From the NCBI GenBank assembly GCA_963830105.1, contig CAWHLH010000003.1:771931-835930 (forward strand): a stretch of 64,000 nucleotides of DNA. Direction: 5' to 3'. Within the stretch, counting starts at the first letter, position 1, and the number at the start of each line of letters is the position of its first letter. This document shows, piece after piece, positions 55,401 to 63,394 of the stretch. The translations under genes and the position numbers were made by a program. Below the pieces are notes generated by a model. It ran no database searches and had not been told where the DNA came from. It saw nothing but the letters and a program-made list of their open reading frames with translations. The stretch is from an uncultured Gammaproteobacteria bacterium. Its GTDB lineage: Bacteria > Pseudomonadota > Gammaproteobacteria > DATFLG01.

Positions 55401-57529
55401 TCGCCAGCCGAGACGGCGTCGCTGTGGTGACGTAGCGCGGGCGTCAGAAACGCCTCGACGTCGGTCTCAACCCGCTCATCGGAAAGCGGCAATCGGAGAC
55501 CAAGCGAACCGGCAATACGCGATACCGTGCCACGCCAATCCGAAAGCAGCTGATCGTAGGTCGTAAAGACTCGCAGTGCTCCTCGACTATGGCGCTCGGC
55601 CTCCAGCACATGACGCAGCCAAAGCAACAGCCCCCGATTGCGGGACAACCCGTCCCGCCGTTGCAGCGAGTCCGCGACCTCGTATGGGCTTCTCAGCGGA
55701 ATAACATACCTGGGAGCCGCACCCATATCGGCCAGAACCCGTTGCCAGAGCGGCAGCAGCCGACACAGACGCGGATCCTTTGCACCCCACAGCGGGCGCC
55801 CCGCGAACTCCCGTCGGAGAGTGGCGCCAAGCTCGTGCTGCAGAGCCCACAGTCGGGGCCGTTCCCAACACCCTTCCGGCAGACGCCGCGGATCCGACCA
55901 TGACATGCCCAGTTCGCCCAGCACCTGATCATTCAGGACCATGATGTCGGCGTGTTCCCAAAAGCCGCGTTCATTGGCAGCGTTGCCAGCCAGTAGCGAG
56001 CTGCCGAGTTCGACCCCGTGCAGGTTCAGCACTCGGGTCAGAGCTGAGGTGCCGCTGCGGTGCATACCCAGAACCAGCAGCGCGGCAGGTTCATCCGTGC
56101 TTGGCTCGGGGCGCGCCTGGGGATACGCGAGTCCCTTGCCGGCTGCACCGCAGCTCCCGGTGTACTGGCACAAGGTCAGCTCACGGGGAGTCGGCAGCGA
56201 CAGAACTTCCAGAGGAAGCTCATCGCTGAACCGGCTCTGTCGGTCCGGGACCGCCTCGCTGGCGTCCCCGGAACGGTACGCCACAACCAGGGCGCCCGGG
56301 CGAAGATACGGAGCGTACTCCTGCAGCTCCGCAGCCTGTCCGGTTGCCATACCATCCAACACCACCAAGTCGACGCCTTCGCGCAACGCCGGCTCGGCGG
56401 GCGCGTCATCCAGCAGTCGGACGATCTGGTCTACACCGGCGCGGCCCAGGCGTTCGGCCGCAATCCTCCGGCAGTCAGGATCTGCTTCGACACTGATCAG
56501 CTGACCGATGCCGTTTTGTGCCAACGCGCGGCCAATGGCTTCGCCCACATAGCCGCGCCAGGCACGCGTCTCCACGACCAGTCGCGGCTTGACGGCGCGC
56601 ACAAGCCCGTACAGGAACTCCAACGTCTCCACATCGGCGGTCCAACCATCGAACATCGACCACAGGCGGGGTTCACGGGCCGAAGGCGCAGCTAATGAAA
56701 GCTCCGGATAGATCGACTCCCCCTGGAACAGCAGCGAAGCGCGCTGCGGCCTGGGCCGTGTGCGCCAGGCCTCCATGCGGCTGGACAAACCTTCGGTTCC
56801 AAGCCACGGCTTTGCATCGTAGCTGCGCGCATAGTACTCCGCACGATCGTCCAGCTCCCCTGCCGCGTGACCGAGATTACGGGCGAGATAGCGAGGCGCC
56901 CAGGCGCACATATAGCCGGCATGTCTGACGGACTCGGAAAGCGCCACGTCGTCCGGCAGCAGTACGCCATGCTTATTGGTGTTGGAGCCAACCCTGATGC
57001 CGGCGTCCCACAGCTCCCGTCGCAACAGACAACTGGTGCCGACATTGCCGACAGCCTCATAGAGAAAGTGCCCGTTCTGGCTGCGGAGCACGGCGGGCTT
57101 GGTTTGCCAGACCTCTTCGTCCTCCGGCACTGGCGCACACAGCGACAACTGACCGAGTCCGGGGAAACAGGCGAACAACTCAAGCGCTTCTTCCACCCAC
57201 CCGGAGCGGTACTCGAAGTCATTTTCGCTGACATGCAGTAGCCCGGCGCGACTTTTCCGAAGTCCCTCGTTGATTGCGGCCCCGCCGATGTTCTCCGGCA
57301 GGTAGATCGCCTGCGCTGCAGGTGTGGCCGCACAAAACTCTTCGATGACGGTACGGGAACCGTCCGACGACCCGTTGTCCACGATAAACAGCTCATACGG
57401 GACGGTAACGGTGTCGCGGTAGCTTTCCAGCGTACGACGCAACAGGTCGGCCCGGTTCCAGTTGAGCACGGTTGTGCTGATCACCGGTGCTGACGCCTTT
57501 TCGCCCACGCATAGATCTCCTCTGTACAT
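52481..57529 (-). CDS. Giant (~1680-aa) multidomain flagellin-glycan enzyme: GT2 - class I SAM methyltransferase - sulfotransferase-like - GT2 - GT2 - C-terminal GT-B-like domain
   Basis: VISTTVLNWNRADLL…FIVDNGSSDGS is GT2. LVVETRAWRGYVGEAIG…ISVEADPD…VDLVVLDG is a TylF/class-I methyltransferase. LLVLGMHRSGTSALTRVL…WGAKDPRLCRLL…YVIPLRSPYEVADSL resembles the PAPS 5'-PSB (RSGTS) and 3'-PB motifs of sulfotransferases. Two more GT-A segments (…LLIVDEGSEDED…). C-terminal domain shared with the 1968-aa protein. Start is uncertain: ATG at 57529, or a GTG at 57508 preceded by an AGGAGA RBS. The track ORF begins at 57622. Confidence 0.75.
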   Translation of the reverse strand: MYRGDLCVGEKASAPVISTTVLNWNRADLLRRTLESYRDTVTVPYELFIVDNGSSDGSRTVIEEFCAATPAAQAIYLPENIGGAAINEGLRKSRAGLLHVSENDFEYRSGWVEEALELFACFPGLGQLSLCAPVPEDEEVWQTKPAVLRSQNGHFLYEAVGNVGTSCLLRRELWDAGIRVGSNTNKHGVLLPDDVALSESVRHAGYMCAWAPRYLARNLGHAAGELDDRAEYYARSYDAKPWLGTEGLSSRMEAWRTRPRPQRASLLFQGESIYPELSLAAPSAREPRLWSMFDGWTADVETLEFLYGLVRAVKPRLVVETRAWRGYVGEAIGRALAQNGIGQLISVEADPDCRRIAAERLGRAGVDQIVRLLDDAPAEPALREGVDLVVLDGMATGQAAELQEYAPYLRPGALVVAYRSGDASEAVPDRQSRFSDELPLEVLSLPTPRELTLCQYTGSCGAAGKGLAYPQARPEPSTDEPAALLVLGMHRSGTSALTRVLNLHGVELGSSLLAGNAANERGFWEHADIMVLNDQVLGELGMSWSDPRRLPEGCWERPRLWALQHELGATLRREFAGRPLWGAKDPRLCRLLPLWQRVLADMGAAPRYVIPLRSPYEVADSLQRRDGLSRNRGLLLWLRHVLEAERHSRGALRVFTTYDQLLSDWRGTVSRIAGSLGLRLPLSDERVETDVEAFLTPALRHHSDAVSAGEPRGLRSLVDGVYGHLASVAAGDVAPDAAFLDQAALELDALEDVFAALSPAPPPMPFDGDAQGPDRPLDYADWTRIYALRESDGELLAERMVLNWRVRPSVHLIAPLRTGETQLLAPTLQSLSDQLYPGWGLTVVAEEPCPDALFGEQPNLEWYQCGDDPESAINRAIADTDADWVGLIRPGDRLAPNALFACIDHLQQSPDWALIYSDEDRMDAAGRRADPWFKTDADPDLLRSQDGVGSFCLVRREVLLAAGGYSSEPGIRNYELALKVLERCGTECIGHVADVLYHRGPVTEALRGDLRLMPWRRAALAAHLERCGQTAEVAEGLATQTLRVCYQHAAHPMVSVIVAVRDDLHVLEIFIDSLRDATRYAHMELLIVDEGSEDEDTYDYLDLLRHQGLVRVVTAPTPGNRAAAYNAAVEVATGEYLVFIDRHSVFVQETWLEELLNHAQRPDVGVVAPRVVGPDKTVAHSALLLGIGGVAADAFAGLSAWDPGYFGRALTDQGVSAVPGACLMVRRAAFEAIGPFDEQMLPNVWYPADLCLRLRNRGLRVVWTPHALLGWQPPQCAGGERPGCGEEGNRMLQRWLGDLAHDPYYNRNLSLSHRDFRTRTESTASWDPSFNDRPRILGIPVDTYGCGEYRVLAPLNALAAAARARCGFAAPQEGWPRVPSIVELERLDPDTLLLQGTLDDAHLDALESYKRFNRAFRVFDMEDLKTQVPEKNSRRKLLFRDIKARTRRALSCCDRLIVTTDPIAEVYRDIIDDIRVLPNYLPRSRWGTLRSLRRQGPRPRVGWAGGQQHLGDLELLIPVVQATAKEVDWVFFGMCPDALRPFVREVHEFGEFAQYPVRLAALNLDLAVAPLEDHPFNIAKSNLRILEYGVLGWPVVCTDIEPYRGGPVKRVRNDPAAWIDAIRERAHDLGAAAQEGDRLKDWVLNGWMLEDHLDDWMASLTPGDKTRPVAECRPVSIARHYS

Positions 57530-58381
57530 CGGCCCAACCGGTCTCCAGCGCGATCTGACCGTTTGGCAGCAGGGCGGCGACGGAAATTCGACACCCAATG
57601 GAACAATCAAGCAAAGCAACAACGGGCCGAATCAGTTGGTTAGCGCTGGTTGTACGAAAATGGCCGATCCGGTTGCAGCTCGCTGGCTAGCTGCTGCAAG
57701 TGCTATGCCACTTGGGTTGGGATTCGGCCCGCCACTGATGGGCCGCGGCGCTCTGACTGACCTTCCCCGGCCCCTTACCCCCCGCAACTGCGCCAGCCGT
57801 TCTGACGGCGACCGCACCGGCGGCGCCCACCATTTGCATCGGCGAAGTACGGGGTGCAGGGATGCACAAGGGACATGTCCGTTTCGCTGCCAATCACCCC
57901 GAACGAGGGGTCGCTGCGCGGGCTTTGCAGGGTGCGCCCTGGGGATAGCGAGCACTGCGCCGCCCACAGCGTTGCGATTTTTCACCTGCCACTTGATGGG
58001 CACCAACCATGAACGCCGGCTTGCACGCGGACCCCGCTTGCCGGACACCGGCGACAAGTTGCCGTCTCAGGGTCCGAGGCGCCGCCACCGGGGCGGCCCG
58101 GATACCCCCCGGACCGCGCTTTCCACGGGGCGGTCGCGCAATCGGACTCGCGAAGAACGCGAGCGGGCTCGCATCTTTCAACACACATGGCTTGTGTCGG
58201 GGAGGAAGTGCCGGCACTCGGACGGGTGCGTTTCGGACGCTGACGCAGCCGGACCTTGCTGGTCCGCAACAGGCAGTTCCACCGGGGTAACCGGTAATGG
58301 CCTTGTCCGCCGCCCTTACAGGCTCAACCGATTTCGCGTCTGGTCGACGCAGTCACGCGAAAAGAATCTCGTAATCAACAC

Positions 58382-59284
58382 TCAGGGCAGGTAATTGAAC
58401 AACGACAGCCCCTGAATCTTCCCAAAGCTCTGCTGGGCGGCCTGCAGCGCAGTCATCTGCTGCTGAAACTGGCTGATGGCCTGGGTGTAGTTCAAGTCCT
58501 GCACCTGGGAGAGGTTCTTCTGGACCGCCAGCAGGGAGCTGGAGCTGAGTGTCTGCTGATCGCTGACGGCGTTCTGCCGCGATCCGATGTCCGTCTGCAC
58601 CGACAGCACATGCTGGAGGGCGTTGCCGATGTCGGTGATGGACGAAGCGCTGGGGCTGTTCGATTGCAGCGAAGTGACGAAGTCCTGGAGCGTCTTGAAG
58701 ACGCTCTGGCTGCCCCCGCTGCTGGTTGGAGCGCTCATGAAGACGCTGGAACCGGCGTCGCTTACCGCAACCTGGCGCGACGCGCCGATTTGAACGAAGC
58801 GTTGGGCTTGATCGCCATTGTAGGTCACCGTTCCGCCATTCATGGTAAATGGCTGCTGACCGCTCCGGTAGCCGCCGAAGATATACTGGCCGTTGGTGTC
58901 CTTGGTATTCGCCAACGCCTGGAGTTGTTGCAGGCTCTGCTGGACCTCCTGGGCGATGCCCTGGCGGTCCTGTGCACTCTGGGTACCGTTGGTGGCCTGT
59001 ATTGCCAGGGTATGCGCACGCTGCAGCAGGTTCACCACCGAATCAAGGGTGTTGCTTTCCAGGGTCAGCTGCTGGCTGGCGTAATCGCTGTTGCTCTGAT
59101 ACTGATTTGTTTGGGAGACCGACTTGTCCAGACGCAGGGCCTGGGTAGTCCCGGCCGGGTCGTCGGCGGGCGAAAGGATGCGCTGGCCGGTGGACAACTG
59201 TTGCTGGGTTCGGGCGGCGCCCGTCTGCTGGTCGAGGATGGCGTTGACCCCTTGCTGGAACAACTGGGCAGTGGAGATGCGCAT
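58382..59284 (-). CDS. flgL: Flagellar hook-associated protein FlgL (HAP3)
   Basis: MRISTAQLFQQGVNAILDQQTGAARTQQQLSTGQRILSPADDPAGTTQALRL is the flagellin-like N-domain typical of FlgL. 300 aa. Confidence 0.92.
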   Translation of the reverse strand: MRISTAQLFQQGVNAILDQQTGAARTQQQLSTGQRILSPADDPAGTTQALRLDKSVSQTNQYQSNSDYASQQLTLESNTLDSVVNLLQRAHTLAIQATNGTQSAQDRQGIAQEVQQSLQQLQALANTKDTNGQYIFGGYRSGQQPFTMNGGTVTYNGDQAQRFVQIGASRQVAVSDAGSSVFMSAPTSSGGSQSVFKTLQDFVTSLQSNSPSASSITDIGNALQHVLSVQTDIGSRQNAVSDQQTLSSSSLLAVQKNLSQVQDLNYTQAISQFQQQMTALQAAQQSFGKIQGLSLFNYLP

Positions 59285-59290
59285 GACGGA

Positions 59291-61195
59291 TTACCTCACG
59301 GCACTGAGCAGTGTCTGGAATACGGTATTGGCGATTGTGACCACGTGGGCAGCCGCCTGGTAGGCCTGCTGATACTTCACAAGGTTGGCAGCTTCCTGAT
59401 CCAGGTTGACGCCCGACACCGACGACTGCGCGGACTGAGCCTGCTGGAGCAAAGCCTGCTGGGCCTTTTGGTTGGTCTGGGCCTGACTGGTCTTGGTGCC
59501 GACATTCGCCACCAGTTGGCTGTAGTTGCCGCTGAAGCTGGAGGCGCCCCCGTCCATGGTCAGCGAATTCTGCAGTCCCGCCAGCGCCAACGCATTGCGG
59601 TTGTCGCCGACGCCCCCTGTGTTGGCGCCGACGGTGAAGCTGTCTCCGGCCGCCGGACTTCCCTGAAGCGTCGCAGTCCATCCGTTGTAGGTGACGCTCT
59701 GGCCGCTCGTATAGCCCACGCCAGTGGCCAAAGCCGTGCCGCTGGTCGTGTCTGTCACGTTGTATTGGGTCGGGGACGTGAAGGTGATGCTCACCGCATG
59801 TTGAAGGCCCGCGTTGCTGGGATCCTGAACAGTCAGGTTGCTCAACGTCCCGCTGCCCGAGTTGGACGAGGTGTTGCTGGCGGCGACGGGTGCCGCGGCG
59901 GCTATATTGGCCGGATCCTGGATCGCCACCCCAATACTCCTGGCGGCGTTGGTGGCGATGGTGTACTGGTCATTCGCTGACGGGGTGCCGCTCACCGCAA
60001 TCTTCAGGCCGCCGGCGGTGAAGGGACCGCTACCGGTAAGCGTCGTCGCCGCGCCGCCGGCGGGCGTCAGTGTCCAATTATTGCTGCCGTTGTAGGTAAG
60101 GGTATAACTGCTGGCACCCAGCTGGCTGACCGTCGATGGGTCAAATGTGGCGCTCACCGTGGCGCCACCGGCATTGGTCGGCACCGGCGACACGGTAGGC
60201 GATACGTTGAAGAAATCGCCTCCCAGGGTGCCATTGAGGGTCATGCCCTTGGCATGCTGCGAATTGAACGTGGTGCCCACCGATGCCGCCAGCCGGTCGA
60301 GGGCCGACTGGGCCGGTTCCAGCACCTGCTTGCGGAACGACAGCAGGCCGCCCAGTTTGCCGCCGGACAGGTTGTCCGTGACAGGTACCCCGCCCGCATT
60401 GCCCGAACTGGAAAAGGAAACCACCGGCTGCATGCCGGGGGCGGGTGCCGGCGTGTGGCTGAGCGAACCGGCCGTGAACTCGGTGACCAGCGGCTGACCT
60501 TTGCCGATGAACACGTTCAGCGAACCGTCGGATTGGGCTACGGTGCTGACCGATACCTGCTGCGAAAGCTTGTTGAGCAACGTGTCGCGCTGGTCCAGGA
60601 GGGTATTGGGCGGCTGCCCCCCGGCCTGGCCGGTGGCGGTGACGATCTTCTGGTTGATGGCCGCAAGCGACTGGGCCAGGCTGTTGATCTGTGAAACCGT
60701 GTCACCGAGCTGGCCGTCCGCCTGCTTGCGCTGGTCGCTGAGCTGCTGGTTCATGTAGTTGAAGCGGCTCGCCAGTGTCTGGCCCTGGGAAAGCATGACC
60801 TGGCGCGCCGATGGATCCGTGGGATTGTTGGCGACGCCCTGGACGGCATTGAAGAACGACTGCAGCGCCGGGCTCAGGCCCGCCGAGCTGTCGCCCAGCA
60901 AATTGGCCACATTGCCGGCAAGGTTTGCATAGGTCTGCAGACTGGCATTGGTCGAGGTGGTGGACCGCACCTGCTCGGTCACAAACTGATTGTAGGAGCG
61001 GGTGACGCCGGTGACTTCCACCCCGGTGCCGATGAAGCCTGCGCCGGTTGCCACGGGAATCTGCGGGGCCAGATTCACCTGTTCGCGGCTGTAGCCGTCA
61101 GTGTTGACGTTGGCGATGTTGTTGCCCGTGGTGCTTAGCGCCTGCTGGAACGCCTGCAGACCGCCGGTGGCTATCCCCAGCAGATCTCCGCTCAT
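59291..61195 (-). CDS. flgK: Flagellar hook-associated protein FlgK (HAP1)
   Basis: MSGDLLGIATGGLQAFQQALSTTGNNIANVNTDGYSREQVNL is the conserved FlgK N-terminus. C-terminus …ANLVKYQQAYQAAAHVVTIANTVFQTLLSAVR. Confidence 0.95.
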   Translation of the reverse strand: MSGDLLGIATGGLQAFQQALSTTGNNIANVNTDGYSREQVNLAPQIPVATGAGFIGTGVEVTGVTRSYNQFVTEQVRSTTSTNASLQTYANLAGNVANLLGDSSAGLSPALQSFFNAVQGVANNPTDPSARQVMLSQGQTLASRFNYMNQQLSDQRKQADGQLGDTVSQINSLAQSLAAINQKIVTATGQAGGQPPNTLLDQRDTLLNKLSQQVSVSTVAQSDGSLNVFIGKGQPLVTEFTAGSLSHTPAPAPGMQPVVSFSSSGNAGGVPVTDNLSGGKLGGLLSFRKQVLEPAQSALDRLAASVGTTFNSQHAKGMTLNGTLGGDFFNVSPTVSPVPTNAGGATVSATFDPSTVSQLGASSYTLTYNGSNNWTLTPAGGAATTLTGSGPFTAGGLKIAVSGTPSANDQYTIATNAARSIGVAIQDPANIAAAAPVAASNTSSNSGSGTLSNLTVQDPSNAGLQHAVSITFTSPTQYNVTDTTSGTALATGVGYTSGQSVTYNGWTATLQGSPAAGDSFTVGANTGGVGDNRNALALAGLQNSLTMDGGASSFSGNYSQLVANVGTKTSQAQTNQKAQQALLQQAQSAQSSVSGVNLDQEAANLVKYQQAYQAAAHVVTIANTVFQTLLSAVR

Positions 61196-61259
61196 GCCCA
61201 GGTCTCCCCGTCAATCTGGTTCATTCGCCCTGACGCCACCATGATGCAAGTCTCCTGAT

Positions 61260-62219
61260 TCAGGTTAGCGACCGACCCGCGTCGGTCTTGACCCCGGCAA
61301 CGGTACTCTGCAGCGTCGGGCCGTGCAGAATGTCCAGCAGCTTGTGGGCGTAATGGGGGTCGGTGGCGTATCCGGCCTGTTGCAGGGCCTGGACGAAGGC
61401 CTTGGGGTCCTGGGCCTGGGTCAGGGCCTGGCGATAGCGCGGATTACTCTGAAGGAACTTTGCATAGTCCGCGAAACTGGCCGCTGGCGAGCCGTAGGCA
61501 CGAAAGGCCGCCTGCTGAGGTTCCGGGATGCCGTGTTTGAACTCCAGTGTCGTCACCGTGGCGCTGGGTCCCTGCCACTGTTCCCCGGCCTTGATGCCGA
61601 ACAGGTTGTGGCTGCTGCTGCCATCCGGGTTGCGCACCGTGCCCTTGCCCCAACCGGTCTCCAGGGCCGCCTGCGCCACCAGCACCTTGGGATCGACGCC
61701 CAGCTTGCGGGCCGTGGCCTCGGCGTGTGGCCACAGACTGGCCACGAACTGCGACGGCGACGGGACCGTCTTGCTTGCCGGGGCCGGGGCGGGCGACTTC
61801 TGCGCCGTCGTTGCCGTCGTTGCCGTCGTTGCCGTCGTTGCCGGCGCCGCTGAGCGCGGTGCCGACACCGGGAAAGTCGCCGGTGACTGCGCGCTGCTGG
61901 CGTCGCCGGCGCTCTTGGGAAGATTCTTTCCCAACTGCTGCTCCAGCATCCTGGCCAGACCGATTCCCTTGCCTTTGCTGATATCCAGGGCGATCTGCTG
62001 GTCGAACATGCCCTGGTAGAAGCGCGTCTGGCTGCTGTCCATGATGCCCTTGCCGCCGCCCAGCGTTGCGGCGCGCATGCTCTTCAGCATCATTTGGACG
62101 AACAGCGCCTCGAACTGGTGGGCAACCTGCTTGAGGGCTTTGGACGAATTCTGCTGCGCCTCCCCGTGCAATTGCGCCAGGCCGGTCATGTCCAGGTAGA
62201 TGTCGGGATTGACCTGCAC
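61260..62219 (-). CDS. flgJ: Flagellar rod assembly protein / muramidase FlgJ
   Basis: N-terminal rod-binding domain (…QVAHQFEALFVQMMLKSMR…) and C-terminal glucosaminidase (…LVAQAALETGWGKGTV…HNLFGIKAGEQWQG…). Linker contains a (TTA)n-type repeat. Confidence 0.92.
   Translation of the reverse strand: MQVNPDIYLDMTGLAQLHGEAQQNSSKALKQVAHQFEALFVQMMLKSMRAATLGGGKGIMDSSQTRFYQGMFDQQIALDISKGKGIGLARMLEQQLGKNLPKSAGDASSAQSPATFPVSAPRSAAPATTATTATTATTAQKSPAPAPASKTVPSPSQFVASLWPHAEATARKLGVDPKVLVAQAALETGWGKGTVRNPDGSSSHNLFGIKAGEQWQGPSATVTTLEFKHGIPEPQQAAFRAYGSPAASFADYAKFLQSNPRYRQALTQAQDPKAFVQALQQAGYATDPHYAHKLLDILHGPTLQSTVAGVKTDAGRSLT
61805..61849. repeat. 9-bp tandem repeat (gccgtcgtt) x4 plus one imperfect copy inside flgJ
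   Basis: Plus strand reads gccgtcgtt gccgtcgtt gccgtcgtt gccgtcgtt gccggcgcc. In the flgJ frame it encodes the TTATTATTATTA linker between the rod-binding and muramidase domains. Repeat unit is 3 codons. Confidence 0.85.
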
Positions 62220-62230
62220 CGTAGCGGCCC

Positions 62231-63379
62231 TCAGATGACGATAAGCTGAGCGTTCAGGGCGCCGGCCGCCCGGAGCGCCTCCAGGATCGCGACCACATCG
62301 CTGGGCCCGGCGCCCACCTCGTTCATGGCCTGCACGATCTGGTTGAGGGTCACGCCGGGCTTGAACATGAACATGTGGTCCTTGTTCTCCTGCACCTGCA
62401 CATTGCTCGACGGCACCACCGCCGTGGTCCCTCCCGAGAACGGCCCGGGCTGGCTGACCGTGGGCTGCTCGGAAATGGTCACCGTCATGCTGCCGTGGGA
62501 GACGGCCGCGGCGGTGACCGTCACATGGTTGCCGATGACCACCGTGCCGGTGCGGGCGTTCACGATCACCCGTGCCGACGCCTGACCGGGGTCGACGTTC
62601 AGGTTCTCGAGCATGGCTACGTACGCAACCCGCTGACTGGGATCGGTGGGGGCGTTCACGCGCACCGATGTGGCATCCACCGCACGGGCGGTGCCCGGTC
62701 CGATGGCCTTGTTGATGGCCTGCACCAGGCGGCTGGCGGTGGTGAAGTCCGGACTGTTCAGATTGAGGGTAAGGGTATTGCCGCGGTCGAAGGGGCTGCC
62801 CACCGCCCGCTCCACTGTCGCTCCGTTGGGCACCCGCCCCACGCTGGGAATATTGACGGTGATCTTGGAGCCATCCGCCCCACTGGCACTCAATCCGCCC
62901 ACGAGCAGATTGCCCTGGGCCATGGCGTAGACCTGTCCGTTCGCGCCCTTGAGGGGCGTCATGATCAGGGTGCCGCCGCGCAGGCTCTTGGCGTTGCCCA
63001 GCGAGGACACCGTCACATCGATGGTCTGGCCGGGCTTGGCGAACGGGGGCAGCTCCGCACTCACCGACACCGCGGCCACGTTCTTGAGCTGGGGCGATAT
63101 GTTCGACGGAACGGTGACCCCGAACTGAGCCAGCATGTTCTCCAGGCTCTGCACCGTGAACGGCGTCTGACTGGTCTGATCGCCGGTACCGTCCAGGCCC
63201 ACCACCAGCCCGTAACCCACCAGTTGGTTGCTGCGCACGCCCGCCACCTGCGCAAGGTCCTTCACCCGGTCGGCATGCGCGGCCCCGAACAGCAACAGCA
63301 GCAGGACGCCAATCCAGCCCAGTTGACCGGCGGAGTGTAGCGCGGCGGGACGCAAAGGACGGATTTCACAGTTGTTCAT
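62231..63379 (-). CDS. flgI: Flagellar P-ring protein FlgI
   Basis: Signal peptide [17 protein letters not shown] then [32 protein letters not shown], the FlgI signature. Confidence 0.95.
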   Translation of the reverse strand: MNNCEIRPLRPAALHSAGQLGWIGVLLLLLFGAAHADRVKDLAQVAGVRSNQLVGYGLVVGLDGTGDQTSQTPFTVQSLENMLAQFGVTVPSNISPQLKNVAAVSVSAELPPFAKPGQTIDVTVSSLGNAKSLRGGTLIMTPLKGANGQVYAMAQGNLLVGGLSASGADGSKITVNIPSVGRVPNGATVERAVGSPFDRGNTLTLNLNSPDFTTASRLVQAINKAIGPGTARAVDATSVRVNAPTDPSQRVAYVAMLENLNVDPGQASARVIVNARTGTVVIGNHVTVTAAAVSHGSMTVTISEQPTVSQPGPFSGGTTAVVPSSNVQVQENKDHMFMFKPGVTLNQIVQAMNEVGAGPSDVVAILEALRAAGALNAQLIVI

Positions 63380-63394
63380 CGATTCCTTCCTTCG

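Noticed and set aside
57462-58394. 310-aa plus ORF and 141-aa minus ORF (57632-58057) in the flgL-island gap
   Set aside because: Arg/Pro/Gly-rich with no domain resemblance and no RBS. Treated as non-coding, though the gap itself is flagged as a finding.
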